Below are positions 52,401 through 64,000 of a stretch of DNA of 64,000 nt, piece after piece. Position numbers and translations under genes: made by a program. Each line of letters begins with the position of its first letter. Position 1 is the first letter of the stretch. Below the pieces are notes generated by a model. That model had not been told where the DNA came from. It made no database searches and saw nothing but the letters and a program-made list of their open reading frames with translations. Source of the DNA: Antedon mediterranea (Eukaryota > Animalia > Echinodermata); the NCBI RefSeq assembly GCF_964355755.1, contig NC_092679.1:836201-900200 (forward strand), written 5' to 3'.

Positions 52401-55400
52401 GTTAATTTTTGTAGCCGCCCTACACATCGGTTTTCCTAATTTGGCAGGACATCCGCCGACGAGACGACATCGGGCCCGAGGCCCTCAACTCACGCAGAGA
52501 GAGTTTCGGCGGCCTACATGATTCAATCCGGCCATTCAATCCTACCTTGGTTCCCGCCTTGGTTTAGCGAATTATAAAAACAACAACACCTTGGCTAGGA
52601 CGCAAACAAAATATATGCAAAATAAATATATATTCCATGTTAAGATTTAACATAGGCCTTTGTAAATTATTATTACGATAAAAGGCCCGACCAGAATTTG
52701 GAGGGGAAAAACGTGCGAATCGTAGGAACAGTTTATAGAGCTGTATTACGTTTCATGTGACGCAAAATTCAGGTACTCTGTTTTGTAGCCACGTGGTAAA
52801 ACAGAGTATCGCGTTTCATGACATGTGACCAAAAAACTAGGTCTGTATTAATTACGATCTTCTGTCGGCAGTCTTTTTGAGCGACCGATTGAACGTTCTG
52901 ATACTATATTTAGAATGAATTGTTTACGATCTTTTTGTTTGCATGTTTTTGGATCGACTGGACGTTCGCTATATTATTTTTATTAGTTGGCATAGTTCAT
53001 TGTGTTGGATCGTGTCTCGTATACGTTTACATTGTAGGAAATTTATATTCACCGTTGTTGAGAGTAAAAAAACACACACGAATGAAACATTTACGAATAA
53101 AAAAATATTATATTATATATTTCTTAGTAATGTACAAATTGGTCCTCCTCCGCCAGTCAAAATTAACACATTAAATAATAATTTTCACACCTTGTTACTT
53201 ACTATAGAACATCGTGAGGTTGTTTATCGTAGCCTGTTTTATCTACGAAGCTACTTCGTAGGAAAAGCTGCGGTATTTTCTTTGATATATAATTTTCGCT
53301 AATCAGAATCTGGAATAAAGTATTAAATCTACTGATAAACAATACTGCTGTTTAATCTATATAATGAATAGATATTATTATATATATCATTAATTTCGTT
53401 ATTTAGTAATCATGATATAACCATTATACTGCCTAAAAAATGCTGATGGCTGCGCGGCGACAATCCTTAGTATCTGCCGCGCCCGCCCTGGCTAACTTCT
53501 ATGTACGGCGGTACAATTGTTTTTAGGTGATTTTTCCACGAGGTTTGTGTCGTCCGCGCGTCACACTGTGCTGTGTATTTGGTGTCCTTTTGTGTGATTG
53601 GGTAAGGCAGCATACAATAAATGGACGAACTTCCAATCACAACGAGTGTAAAATGTTTAGGGGCTTTGTACGCTTGAATGAACCTGACTCCTTTGCGGCG
53701 GCGGTGACTAGTGGAAACTCCTGAGCCTTCCGTAGAGTAGAGAGAGATTAAATTACAACACAGTTAAATAGGGAAAACACACCTGACTTCAATTTGAAAC
53801 AACTCGCACAAGCAGACGATCTTGTCGCGCTATGCGCGACCTATTCTGTTGCTTTAGTCGCAAACAGAAAAATTAGGTCGCAAATGCGACCAAATACCCC
53901 TTAATTTGCAGCCCTGTAGCTATGAATTTTGTGTTATGTAATCGTATTTGGCCCATGATGACAAACCGTGCACCACTCTGATTCAGTTCTGATGGATAAA
54001 ACCACAACCACAAATTGTCTGAGGTCATAAGTAAATGTAAATAAATTGTGTAAGATAGTAAACATCCATGTAAGAGTACTAAAGCTTGATTCCCACTAAA
54101 GCGCAATGTAAGGGAATAGTATAGACCAATCAAATCCAAAGGATTATTCAAAATGTCACTTGTGATTGGTCAATTGGCTTGTGTTACGGCTTATGTTGCA
54201 TTCTAGTGGGAACCAGGCTTTAGTTGTCTATTTTAACATCCTTTTTCTTGTTAGGCAAATACAGGCAGCTTCTCAGAACAAGTCATCAATAGTTCAGTTC
54301 ACATTGCCTGATGAGCCAACTCAATTAAGCATTTCACAAAAATCGGAGACAGAGCCTGTAAGTAAATTGCTTCATAAATTACTCTTTTAAAACATTAGCC
54401 CATGATGACAAACCGTGCACCACTCTGAATCAGTCTTGACTGATAAAACCACTACCACAAATTGTCTGAGGTTACACAGAAAAATATTAGCAAGATTTAA
54501 CAACGAAATGCAACAAATATGGCACTGGCAACCATTTTATTTTGATCATTTTCTTGTTTTTCAGAATATCTTTTTATCAGTTTTAACCAAATCAGGTCAG
54601 GTGTACATATTTGACCCAATTTTAAACGGGTAAGTCATAATCGTAAACTTCCATTATGATATACAATACATAAAGTCACACACATAACATAACGTTATTG
54701 TAATTTGTGTGTTTATAACGTATATGTTTATATTTCTTTATTCAGAAGAAGCAAAAAGCCATTGACACACAGGAGTACCATACAGGTGGTTACAGAAGGA
54801 AAGCAGAGTGAAATGCCAAAACCTATTCCAATCATGTGTACCATGTTTTACAATGACCCAGAGCAGCGAATGATGCTTATTCACGGTTCATTTATCAAAC
54901 CAGTATTTGAAAATGTTGTAAGTGTGAATAATAAATTATATATTCATGTTTAACTGTTTGTATGTCGTGAGGTAATCAAATCCTTTTGAACATTTAAAGG
55001 TGAACATCTTATCTTGCAATTCATCAAAGTTCAATAGATCTATATCAGAATTAGTTGGTGTTTTAAGCACATACTAAGATGAAAGCATTGATGTTACATT
55101 ATGAATGATCTCTCTCGAAATGTTTTCCTTCATTCTGACATTACGCTTTCCATAATTTGTTTCCATATTTTTCGGTTTTGGGCAGTATGGTTTGTTATTA
55201 TGCTAAAGTCTAAATTTTTTCCTTTTTAATCTGTTTTTATTTGGTTTATCCAGTTATCTTTCGGTCTTTTTACTTTCTTTTATAAATAATACTTATTTAT
55301 AATTTTGTTGTTAGATTTTTAGCAGCGGAGATGTGTGCTTAATAAGAGATGATCCTTCCATATCTCAGATTAGTCAAGATAAAGTAGCAGATAAAGTAAG

Positions 55401-57971
55401 TATTAAGTTGCAATATAGTATCTACTTAATCCTTTAGCCCATGATGACAAACCGTGCACCACTCTGAATCAGCCTTGACTGATAAAACCACTACCACAAA
55501 TTGTCTGAGGTTACACCATTTAAAGGATATAATTGTTCACTGATTGTATTTGTAATATAACTGATCTGTAAGTAATCTATGATATATTTTTCGTTTTAGA
55601 TTCGCAAACCTTTGACCTCCGAGGAGGTGACCTTACTTGCACCTGGTAACATGGCTCCTACTGGTCCATCACAAGATACAAACTCGAACAATTTAAAACA
55701 ATCCAAAAGAAAATCACTAAGAACCGAGGTAATTTATGTAATTTGTGAGGTTTTTCTCTCATTAATTGGACTTTGTATCTGTATATCCACTGTCAATTTA
55801 TATATCTTTTATTTATCATCTTCTAATGTATTTTCTTTGCGTGGTTTGCAGCTGTCCTTAGCAGAACGTATAAATACAATGGAGATTGCTCAAGCAGTTC
55901 CAGAGACATCAACGTCTCAACAACCAAAGACAGAATCTCTTGCAGTGCTGCTAACGCAAGGTCTTCAAAGTCGAGATAAGGACATTTTAAGAGTAAGTAA
56001 TCATGATGCCAAAACAATCTGTTTTTGAGCTAATAATCTTAACATAATTATAACAATATAGTATCTACTTAATCCTTTAGCCCATGATGACAAACCGTGC
56101 ACCACTCTGAATCAGCCTTGACTGATAAAACCACTACCACAAATTGTCTGAGGTTACACCATTTAGGGCTAGTGTTGCCCGAAAGCTCTACTAATTTTTC
56201 TGTCTGTTTTACTTTATTTTGTATCTCCATTGAGATCCAGCCACTGATACCCACAGCATTGTCGTTATTTTCAGTAATTTGCCTTTGGATTTATATAATT
56301 ATAACACACGGTTGTATACATTTTCACACAGTTTATTTATTATTTTTTAGACTTAACTAAATTCCAATTCTTTTTGTTTTCTTTTCCAGCGTGTTTTTAG
56401 ATACAACAAAGAAACTTTAATCCGAAATACAGTGAGAAGGTTACCGGTTCCATTGGTTATTCCACTTTTGCAAGAGTTGGCCGTACGACTTAATACAAAT
56501 CCAGAAAAGTTAGTCTAAAGCTCTGTTTACACTATCAAACTAGCTGGTGTGCTCAAATATAGTAGTAGTAGTGATATGATGTCATGTCCATATATAGGCA
56601 AAGAACATTTTGTTGTCACATAAAGTTTGATAGTGTAGACAGAGATTAATAAAGTGTATATGGTGCTGAGCCTGTTGATTCTTTAATACTTAATTCAAAC
56701 CAGAAATCCGTAAGACATTTTTCTTTGATTATAGAGGATGTTTTAAACATTAATGTTGTATTACAGTGAAATATTGCATTATTCTTAAAATTCCACATTT
56801 TTTATTATTATTTTTCATAGTGGTCAGAATTGTGTGGTGTGGACAAAGATTGCCCTAAAGATGCATACATCATACCTGATGACTTGCCCGGACCTTGTCC
56901 ATCTGTTGTCCAGTCTGTACGAGATGATCAACTCTCGCACTACCATGTCCAGCAGGTTGTCCAAGCTACATGGTAAACTTGACCTTATGTTGACTCAGGT
57001 AAAATGATTCAATATCTTTTTTTTATCCAACACAAAAAAATTAATTTGCGATGCGAAAAAAAAGTACATACTAAAATAGGATCTGTTTGATTAGTATTCT
57101 GGTCGGAGGTCAGTCACCTCTGTGTTAGTGTTCTTGTTTTCCATGAACCTGAATCCTGTCCATTGCTGCAATGTGTGTTATACTACACTAAACTTTATTT
57201 GGCACTATACATAGTTGACTCTCTAGTTAACATTAACTCTATGGTGTTTCTGACTTTTTAGATCATGGAACAAACAGAGGAGAAAGAAGAGAGTGACTTT
57301 ACCCAATCATCTGCCCTTTTGGTTTATGAGGGTGAGTACTAATACATTAATGAATCCTTGTATTTTTGTTTGTATTGTAATAAGCATGTAGTGGAACCCC
57401 TATTAAGAGGACACATTCAAGATCCAACATGTCCCCTTAATATGGGTTGATCGTAATGTTAAAACATATATTTGCCTTCATTTGTTTCACAGGATAGTGT
57501 CCCCAAATATGAGTGTCCCACAGGAGGTGTTCTACTTTATAATTATGTTTTGTTGAATTAAGTGCACACTTTAAACCATTAGAAAGCAATACGTTTTTGT
57601 TTGTTTTAGAATCTTCTGACGAAATGGAAAATGTCATTGAGGATGGCCTACAGAGTCGATCAGATTCAGAGGTAACATTTTATTATAAGTACTCTAAATA
57701 CTACACTGCACACTAAATTTAATCTTGCTCATTTTGAATGTCCAATTTTAGTCGTATTTAAATCTAAATGTACTAGGCTTATGATTATTATTTCTTACTT
57801 GTTTAACAGGGAGACTGGGAAGAATTAGAAGAATCTGATATGGAAGTTCACCAAAATGAAATGGATAGTGATGGAGATGAGGGAGGAGGAGAAGAAGAGG
57901 AAGAAGAAAATGATACCAGCAGTGCAGAGGAGGAAGACGATGAAGTGGCTGCAAGTGATATGAGTGATTAG
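49486..57971 (+). CDS. WDR43: WD repeat-containing protein 43 (UTP5, SSU processome UTP-A subcomplex), about 666 aa, 16 exons
   Basis: Exons 49486-49671 (DGRLTIWDT...YTPSSHLSATCTCISW), 49914-50051, 50166-50287, 50446-50566, 51081-51232 (KFTGH), 54255-54357, 54565-54629, 54746-54917, 55315-55395, 55600-55728, 55852-55992 (SLAVLLTQGLQSRD), 56390-56508 (IRNTVRRLP), 56821-56998 (KLHGKLDLML), 57262-57331, 57610-57671, 57810-57971 (acidic tail). GT-AG introns, phases consistent, 2001 nt; AATAAA at 58109-58114. Confidence 0.95.
51283..51760. mobile_element. Non-autonomous DNA transposon (Harbinger/ISL2EU-like), 478 bp
   Basis: TIR AGGGAGTTTTCGCAA(T/C)CTT; AAT on both flanks (3-bp TSD). Confidence 0.8.
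51852..53916. mobile_element. Non-autonomous hAT-like DNA transposon, 2065 bp, 5-bp TSD
   Basis: 16-bp perfect TIR CAGGGCTGCAAATTAA / TTAATTTGCAGCCCTG; TAGCT duplicated at 51847-51851 and 53917-53921; CpG-rich interior with no recognisable transposase ORF. Confidence 0.85.
53950..54026 (+). ncRNA. Box C/D snoRNA copy 1 (WDR43 intron 5), diverged
   Basis: GGCC terminal stem, C box ATGATGA, guide CCGTGCACCACT, D' CTGA, guide ACCACAACCACAAATTGT, D box CTGA, GGTC. Confidence 0.8.
54083..54219. mobile_element. MITE family B copy in WDR43 intron 5
   Basis: AGCTTGATTCCCACTA...TAGTGGGAACCAGGCT with TAA/TTA flanks. Confidence 0.75.
54396..54474 (+). ncRNA. Box C/D snoRNA copy 2 (WDR43 intron 6)
   Basis: TAGCC/GGTTA terminal stem, C box ATGATGA, D' CTGA, D CTGA; ends 90 nt upstream of the 3' splice site. 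Confidence 0.88.
55435..55513 (+). ncRNA. Box C/D snoRNA copy 3 (WDR43 intron 9)
   Basis: Same boxes, guides and stem; ends 86 nt upstream of the 3' splice site. Confidence 0.88.
56078..56156 (+). ncRNA. Box C/D snoRNA copy 4 (WDR43 intron 11)
   Basis: Identical to copy 3, including about 24 nt of 5' flank and about 9 nt of 3' flank. Confidence 0.85.
56519..56646. mobile_element. MITE family A copy 10 nt downstream of the WDR43 exon 12 donor
   Basis: AGCTCTGTTTACACTATCAAAC...GTTTGATAGTGTAGACAGAGAT with TAA TSD. Confidence 0.8.
57389..57535. mobile_element. Degenerate Tc1/mariner-like MITE
   Basis: AGTGGAACCCCT...GGACAC / GTGTCC...AGGTGTTCTACT imperfect inverted termini. Confidence 0.45.
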
Positions 57972-59254
57972 CAAATATATATTATATATAAATTTAAGAT
58001 TTTTTTGGACTATAGAACGGAAGGTGCAGAACAAAAGACTGAATTCAGAGAGCACTGTAAGGCAACACGAGTTGCTTTACTAAATTTAAGCTTAATTTTA
58101 AACATCTTAATAAACTTGTATAGTTATCATGTTACCATTGAAAACGTATCTATGTATTATGTTTTTTGTTCATATAATTGATATATTTAATACAAATTTC
58201 TGTATTCTGTTTGCAAGATTTTTAACCCCAAAAATTCCCTAACTAAAGCTGCTTTCACATTGGGCTGGAGTCGTTCCAGCGCCGTGAGGAAAATATCACA
58301 AGCGTTAAGCATGCCTTCACATCGAGCACGAATTTGGTTATCTGTTGGCAAGCTAACCAATACACTTTGCTGTATTTTGGTTACAGAATAAGTTGAACGA
58401 ACCCCTTGGGTTTAAAACAACTGGTATAAGAAAAGATTTCACACGATTTTGTTTTAGCAAGTGGCCTTATACAGACAGTTTAGTGACACCCCCCCCCCCC
58501 CCCATATCATTTAAGAATAAGGAATAAATCAAAAATAGTCATTGCTTTGTTTATTTTTCATCATGGAAATACAACATTTTGTTATAGAATAAAAAAATGT
58601 TGAGAATGTATCATTTTAACAATGATGTCCTATGTATTTTAACAAATTATGACTTGAAAAATTACATTTTGTGTAAAAACTAGTGTATAACAAGAAAGAA
58701 AAGAAAACTAGTGTATAACAAGATAGCTTACTTTGTATAAATTGATTAATGCTGAAATTAAATAAGAAAATTCAGTGTACAGCTGACTACCCAACAGTTA
58801 TTAGTTCCTTGTAATTTGTGTACATCATTGTGCAAATAAATGTATAATGTTTATGTTGTGCTCTTGAGAACAAGAGGAAGGCACCAGCAACCCTTGAATA
58901 CACAGCCTTCTGTCAAGTGAATACAAGTTGTAATTCAAACACATGCTTAGATATTCAACTTATATTATGTATACTGCTCGCTCCCCCTCTAGGAAGTGGA
59001 AGTTGGTTACCATTATTGAAAATGCTTGACATTCATAAAACTAAACCGGTTTCACAGTGTCTTAGATGATTAATAACATTTTAAAGTATAGAGTTCATTT
59101 GAGGGAGGTGCTTATTCAAGGGATAGGTTTAATTTTTAATTAAAGTTTTAATAATATGGTGACATTTATAATCAAATATAGATATGAAAAGTGGTACAAA
59201 AAGAATAACAAATGCTTGGTAAATTGTAGATAATAGTGCAATGAATTCTACTAC

Positions 59255-60072
59255 AAATAGCATAATTGTGTTATTATAAATATAATACAATATTGTGTGT
59301 ATTATAAATGTGGAAGGGCGTTTATTAGATAGTTGGGTTGGGGGTGAGGGGAAGATTATTATTCAAATTGATGTTTTATTGGAGAGGCGTTTATTCAAAT
59401 AAATACCATCCTAATAATTAATACATTATTTAATTTAAACATCTTTTGAAACTAACTTCCACGACAGAGTGGGAAAGAAGACATTTCAGACGGCTTGCAA
59501 CATGGGCAGACATCCATCCCGGTCCTAAATAGCATAATTGTGTTATTATAAATATAATACAATATTGTGTGTATTATAAATGTGGAAGGGCGTTTATTAG
59601 ATAGTTGGGTTGGGGGTGAGGGGAAGATTATTATTCAAATTGATGTTTTATTGGAGAGGCGTTTATTCAAATAAATACCATCCTAATAATTAATACATTA
59701 TTTAATTTAAACATCTTTTGAAACTAACTTCCACGACAGAGTGGGAAAGAAGACATTTCAGACGGCTTGCAACATGGGCAGACATCCATCCCGGTCCTAA
59801 ATAGCATAATTGTGTTATTATAAATATAATACAATATTGTGTGTATTATAAATGTGGAAGGGCGTTTATTAGATAGTTGGGTTGGGGGTGGGGGGCAGAT
59901 TATTATTCAATTTGATGTTTTATTGGAGAGGCGTTTATTCAAATAAATACCATCCTAATAATTAATACATTATTTAATTTAAACATCTTTTGAAACTAAC
60001 TTCCACGACAGAGTGGGAAAGAAGACATTTCAGACGGCTTGCAACATGGGCAGACATCCATCCCGGTCCTAA
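59255..60072. repeat. Tandem triplication, 272 bp x3
   Basis: Units start at 59255, 59527 and 59799; near identical, with a few changes in the third. Confidence 0.97.
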
Positions 60073-61215
60073 CGGGACACAGATAGCCTACAGTTATTCC
60101 TGCCAGCTTACTCGATAAAACTCGGCTATCAGGATTTCACTCGATAAAAAAAAATCTCCATATGTAATTTTATAATACTATTCCCCACAACATATTCCAA
60201 TTTATGGCGTATATTTATTTGATCTTTATTAATTTGCAGTATAATTTTTATTTTTTAACAACTGTACCTTCACACATACGCGCGGCCATTCCTAAAATAA
60301 ACAAAACACTAAAATGGCTATATCCACTATAACGGCCAACTCAGTTGAAAAAACCATGTTGTTGCAGGTGAACTCATTGTGAACCCGGAAATTACTTTGA
60401 CCGCGTAGAATTGAAATTGAGTTGAAAATCTACCGTTGAAATCATAAATTTTGTTAAAAAACTCTTTATAATATCTTCCTATGATAGAAATATGGAACAA
60501 TATCGTAATAGTGAAAACTAATTTTATCAAATTTACATTTCACGGTACATCAGAGATAGATCAGGTAGGTATCAAAGTTTTTCCATTGTGCTCGCCTGTC
60601 AGAATTAACTATAATTTACAGTATATTATGTCATTGTTTTTGATATTAAAAATGAATCTGTTGACTATAATTCAGGAAAATGGAAGCCAATACTAGTAGC
60701 AGCTTTTGAATGACAAGATACAGTATTAGATAATTATCGCATTTCAATAACGATTCCACGTGTTAATCGAGTTAATTTGAATATTCAAGAGCAGTGCTAC
60801 TCAGTCATCCAATCAGAATTGAATATAATGACGTAATACATTTCTGCAGTAGAAAGAGGGAGCTATTCTTCCAAAATAAAAATAGAAAAATGGAATTTCC
60901 AGTTGTTGTGTCTGCATTTTTTCGCCAGAAACGCAACAACGTCATTGCAATTTCTAACCAAAATTGTTGAATAAAGTAAGTATTTATTGTGTATTTATTC
61001 AATATTTTTACTCTCCGAGCATTGAAATAAATGGCGCCTGAAATAAATTGTAATTTCAAAGTTGTTTTGTCTTCCGTCTTCTAAACAGGCATCCAACCTG
61101 GGCTCAACTCCTGTGCAACTACCAACCTGCTGGACAGCGTAGCATCGCCTACAACAGCAGACGGAATTCGTGTCGGTAAACCCTCACCAGCCTGGCCTAG
61201 AGCGTAGACGTAAAT

Positions 61216-64000
61216 ATGCCAGGAGAAAAAAAACAGTTGGACAAGAAACTGGGCATTGGTATGTATACAATTTAAAGAGAATCACTGACATTATTTGTAT
61301 AAAATATATGCTTTCAATTAATTTTATTTGCGATTTTTTTTTCAGTTTAATATTATCATTTGATGCACTAGTTTAATTAAATTCATGAACAAATTCATGT
61401 TTTCAGACAACTGATGCCTCCCACTAATAATAATATCTCAACAGAATTAAGAAATTGAACTAAAAATGTAGGCCATACAGATTTCTGTTGAACACAATGA
61501 TTTTAAAACTTACCGTTTGAATAAAAGAAGAACTAACCAGAAAAAGTAAACTACACTTAACGTTACAGTGCCAATTTACCCCAAATACATAGTAACGGTT
61601 TTCGTCCAACAAAAAAATAAAAAAAAGCATTCTCTCATCATGTGATCAATGAAAATTATGATTCCTTAAGCTTATTTATAAACTTACAGACCATGAATGC
61701 TACTAAGTGTATCCAAAAAAACGAAATATAATCTCAAATATATTACACAAATATATTACACAAAAATGTGTTAATGTCAAATGACACAAAGGGTCAAATT
61801 CCTGCACAAATGTATATTATATCTGGAATGAAACATTTAGTGAATATTAATATAATATACAAACTGATTACAGTAGGCTATCTTTGATTTCATTCATGAA
61901 CCTCATCCCCAACTCCTTTTGAAAGTGTTGAAATATAAACTTATGTTTCAGTTTCAATCCTCCATTGTGAAAATTCACCTGATGACATAAAGTCATTGGC
62001 AAAAAAGATTGATGAAAAGCTTCAACCAGAACGTGCATCAAAGTACCGTCGGAACAAAGTCTCATTCGGTAGGTTGAGTACATTTCTTTGGTTCTTACAT
62101 CTAGTATCATTTCACAATATCTTTTAAAAGTGATGTTCTATTTTGTTGATCCAACCTAAAAATAAAGAACTAAATTATACAACAAATTATCTTTTGTAAA
62201 TGCTCTTCTCTAGTAGGTTGATTTATTTGGATATGATGATAATAATGATAATGATAATCTTCCATCTTCCATACTGGATATTTAAAAAGTAGTTTTCTAG
62301 GCATAAACCTACAGAATATGCTATTTTATGTGACTACAAACTTTGTGACAACAAAATGTGATGCCTATATATGGACATGATGATGTCATATCACTACGAT
62401 ATTTGGGCACATCACACTAGTTTGATAGTGTAGACAGAGCTTAAAGATTGTTTACTTTTTATAGACAAACTGATTGAACAAGTTGAAGCACTAGAAGGAT
62501 GGGGAATTTGCATTATCTCACAAAATGTTCTACAGTTTCTAAGGAAAAGTACAAAGGATACTTTACAAAACTTTCAGGGTAAGAGATTGCTTGGCTATTT
62601 GTAACTTGGATGGTAAAAGTTGCCCTTTTAAGGCCAATTTACACGGACGAGCAGTAACGGTAAGCAGAAAACCACATGCTTGTTCCACGTAGAATAGATC
62701 CATTCTGAGGAGCAGATTTCCGCTCAACCACCTGTCTGCTCCACGTTTTGTGTAAATGATCATAAAGAAATAACACAGATTCTATATTTTTATTTTCCAT
62801 TCACCACATTCCGTTACTCTAATACACCTGAAAAATTGCCTTTACATGTGTATATATTGTAGTTTGTAGATACTGAATTTTGATATTAATTATTACAGTA
62901 CTCCATTTTCACTTGTAGAAAGTTTAACAAAAAAAAGAGATGGATATCCATTGATTGTTTGCCTCAGACTCAACGTGAAGGATGAAGAGGTGCGTGAGTT
63001 TCTACCAAACACGTGGCTGTTGGACATGAACGCTGATTTACTCTGCAATGAGATTTACAAGCTTTGGTTTGGAAATACAGCTTATGTCGATGAAAATGGA
63101 TTTCATGATGATTATGATCAACAGATCAACTCTGGTAAGGGTTTACATTAATTTTTTACAGTTACTGCAGGATTACTGCAGTATTCAAATATTTTAAAAT
63201 TTTGCACATGGACGAATAAATAAATAAGATTCAAAATCAAATCAGATTTCTTGAATTCTAATTTTTTGATTACAATATTTAAATGTTGTGCTCATAGTTT
63301 GAGGGAAAATGTTGAGTAAATGTAATTTGTTTGACTTGACTGATAAAATTGTTCATTTAATAAAGATGTTTTTTTTTTTGTTGCAGTTCACATAATACAT
63401 GCTGGTGAAAATAAGCAATTCTTACATGATTTAAGTGATGCTTTGGAAGATGAAGTTAATCCAGAAAACAGCTGTGAGTTCAGACGATTCTACAGACCAG
63501 GTATTACGATCAACTCTTTGATTTTACTACAGTCAACTATTCCAATACCAGACAGTCTGACCAAATGTTACATGTTTATGTCTCGTCATGTTGTATTTTT
63601 GTGAGGGTCCCTAATGATCATCTTCGGCTGGATGGCCCACCCCGTAAGGTATTCTTGAAATAATTAAATAAATAAAATCAATAAATGTATGTTTTTCTGG
63701 AAATGGAATGTATTTTTAATTGTAACAATGAATCTGGGACCTTTTGGACCTCAAGAAAAGTGTTGTTTTGGGAAAGTTTCTATTTTTCGGTATTAGGAGA
63801 GTTGACTGCACTGTAGGACAACAAACCTGGTACCTGTAGTTTGTTGGATATCTCAAAGTGCACATTGATGATATGTTTTCTAAATCTCAGGAAGCAAGAT
63901 AGCAGAACTAATTTTCAGTGATTTGGAGGCGTTTGTTGCGGGTGATAATCAAGATAAATGCATGGTGATTATAAGCGATCATCTCATTAAGGCATTGGAT
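61216..64000 (+). CDS. Tandem TIR-like domain protein (partial; 5' end uncertain, 3' end beyond the window)
   Basis: Phase-1 exons 62465-62578 (DKLIEQVEALEGWGICIISQNVLQ), 62919-63134 (PLIVCLRLNVKDEEVREFLP), 63387-63500 (VHIIHAGENKQFLHDLSDALE...RP), 63891 to beyond 64000 (GSKIAELIFSDLE...KCMVIISDHL). Matches TIR betaA-alphaA, BB-loop PG, betaC and betaD patterns. Candidate first coding exon 61216-61258 (MPGEKKQLDKKLGI) is phase-compatible. Confidence 0.65.
63529..63809. mobile_element. Tc1/mariner-type MITE (unexpanded relative of 21609-23325)
   Basis: TA|CAGTCAACTATTCCAATACC...GGTATTAGGAGAGTTGACTG. Confidence 0.7.

Noticed and set aside
54960-55100. H/ACA snoRNA in WDR43 intron 8
   Set aside because: Two plausible hairpins and an ACA, but no properly placed H box and no target identified.
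53950-56156. Assigning the snoRNAs to SNORD53/SNORD92, the vertebrate WDR43-hosted families
   Set aside because: Those carry a CTTGGCTGT-type 28S guide as I recall; it is absent here. SNORD24/SNORD33-type rRNA matches for the D guide are only about 8-9 nt and out of register.
61868-62155. Minus-strand 80-aa ORF with splice-like borders
   Set aside because: No recognisable homology and no consistent partner exons; it lies within the putative intron of the TIR-like gene.

Overview
AT-rich, intron-containing eukaryotic genomic DNA, most likely a marine invertebrate deuterostome (echinoderm-like; inference from gene structures and repeat types), not prokaryotic. Spliced genes reconstructed by hand: MAX (+, 5 exons) tail-to-tail with FNTB (-, 12 exons); an orphan 184-aa gene with a PP1-docking RVxF motif head-to-head with FNTB; a C1orf198/DUF4706 homologue (-, 4 exons) head-to-head with WDR43/UTP5 (+, 16 exons); and a partial tandem-TIR-like gene running off the right edge. 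WDR43 introns carry four copies of a box C/D RNA. Its D' guide fits 18S rRNA Gm1328 (SNORD32/snR40 site) and its D guide is antisense to the U1 snRNA Sm-site region, which is the most notable candidate novelty. The window is rich in minisatellites (24, 40, 34, 64, 69 and 272 bp units), Harbinger-, Tc1-, hAT- and P-like MITEs, LINE 3' fragments and tRNA-derived SINE remnants. The longest ORFs in the ORF track are satellite artefacts. All homology statements are from recalled sequence knowledge; no searches were run.
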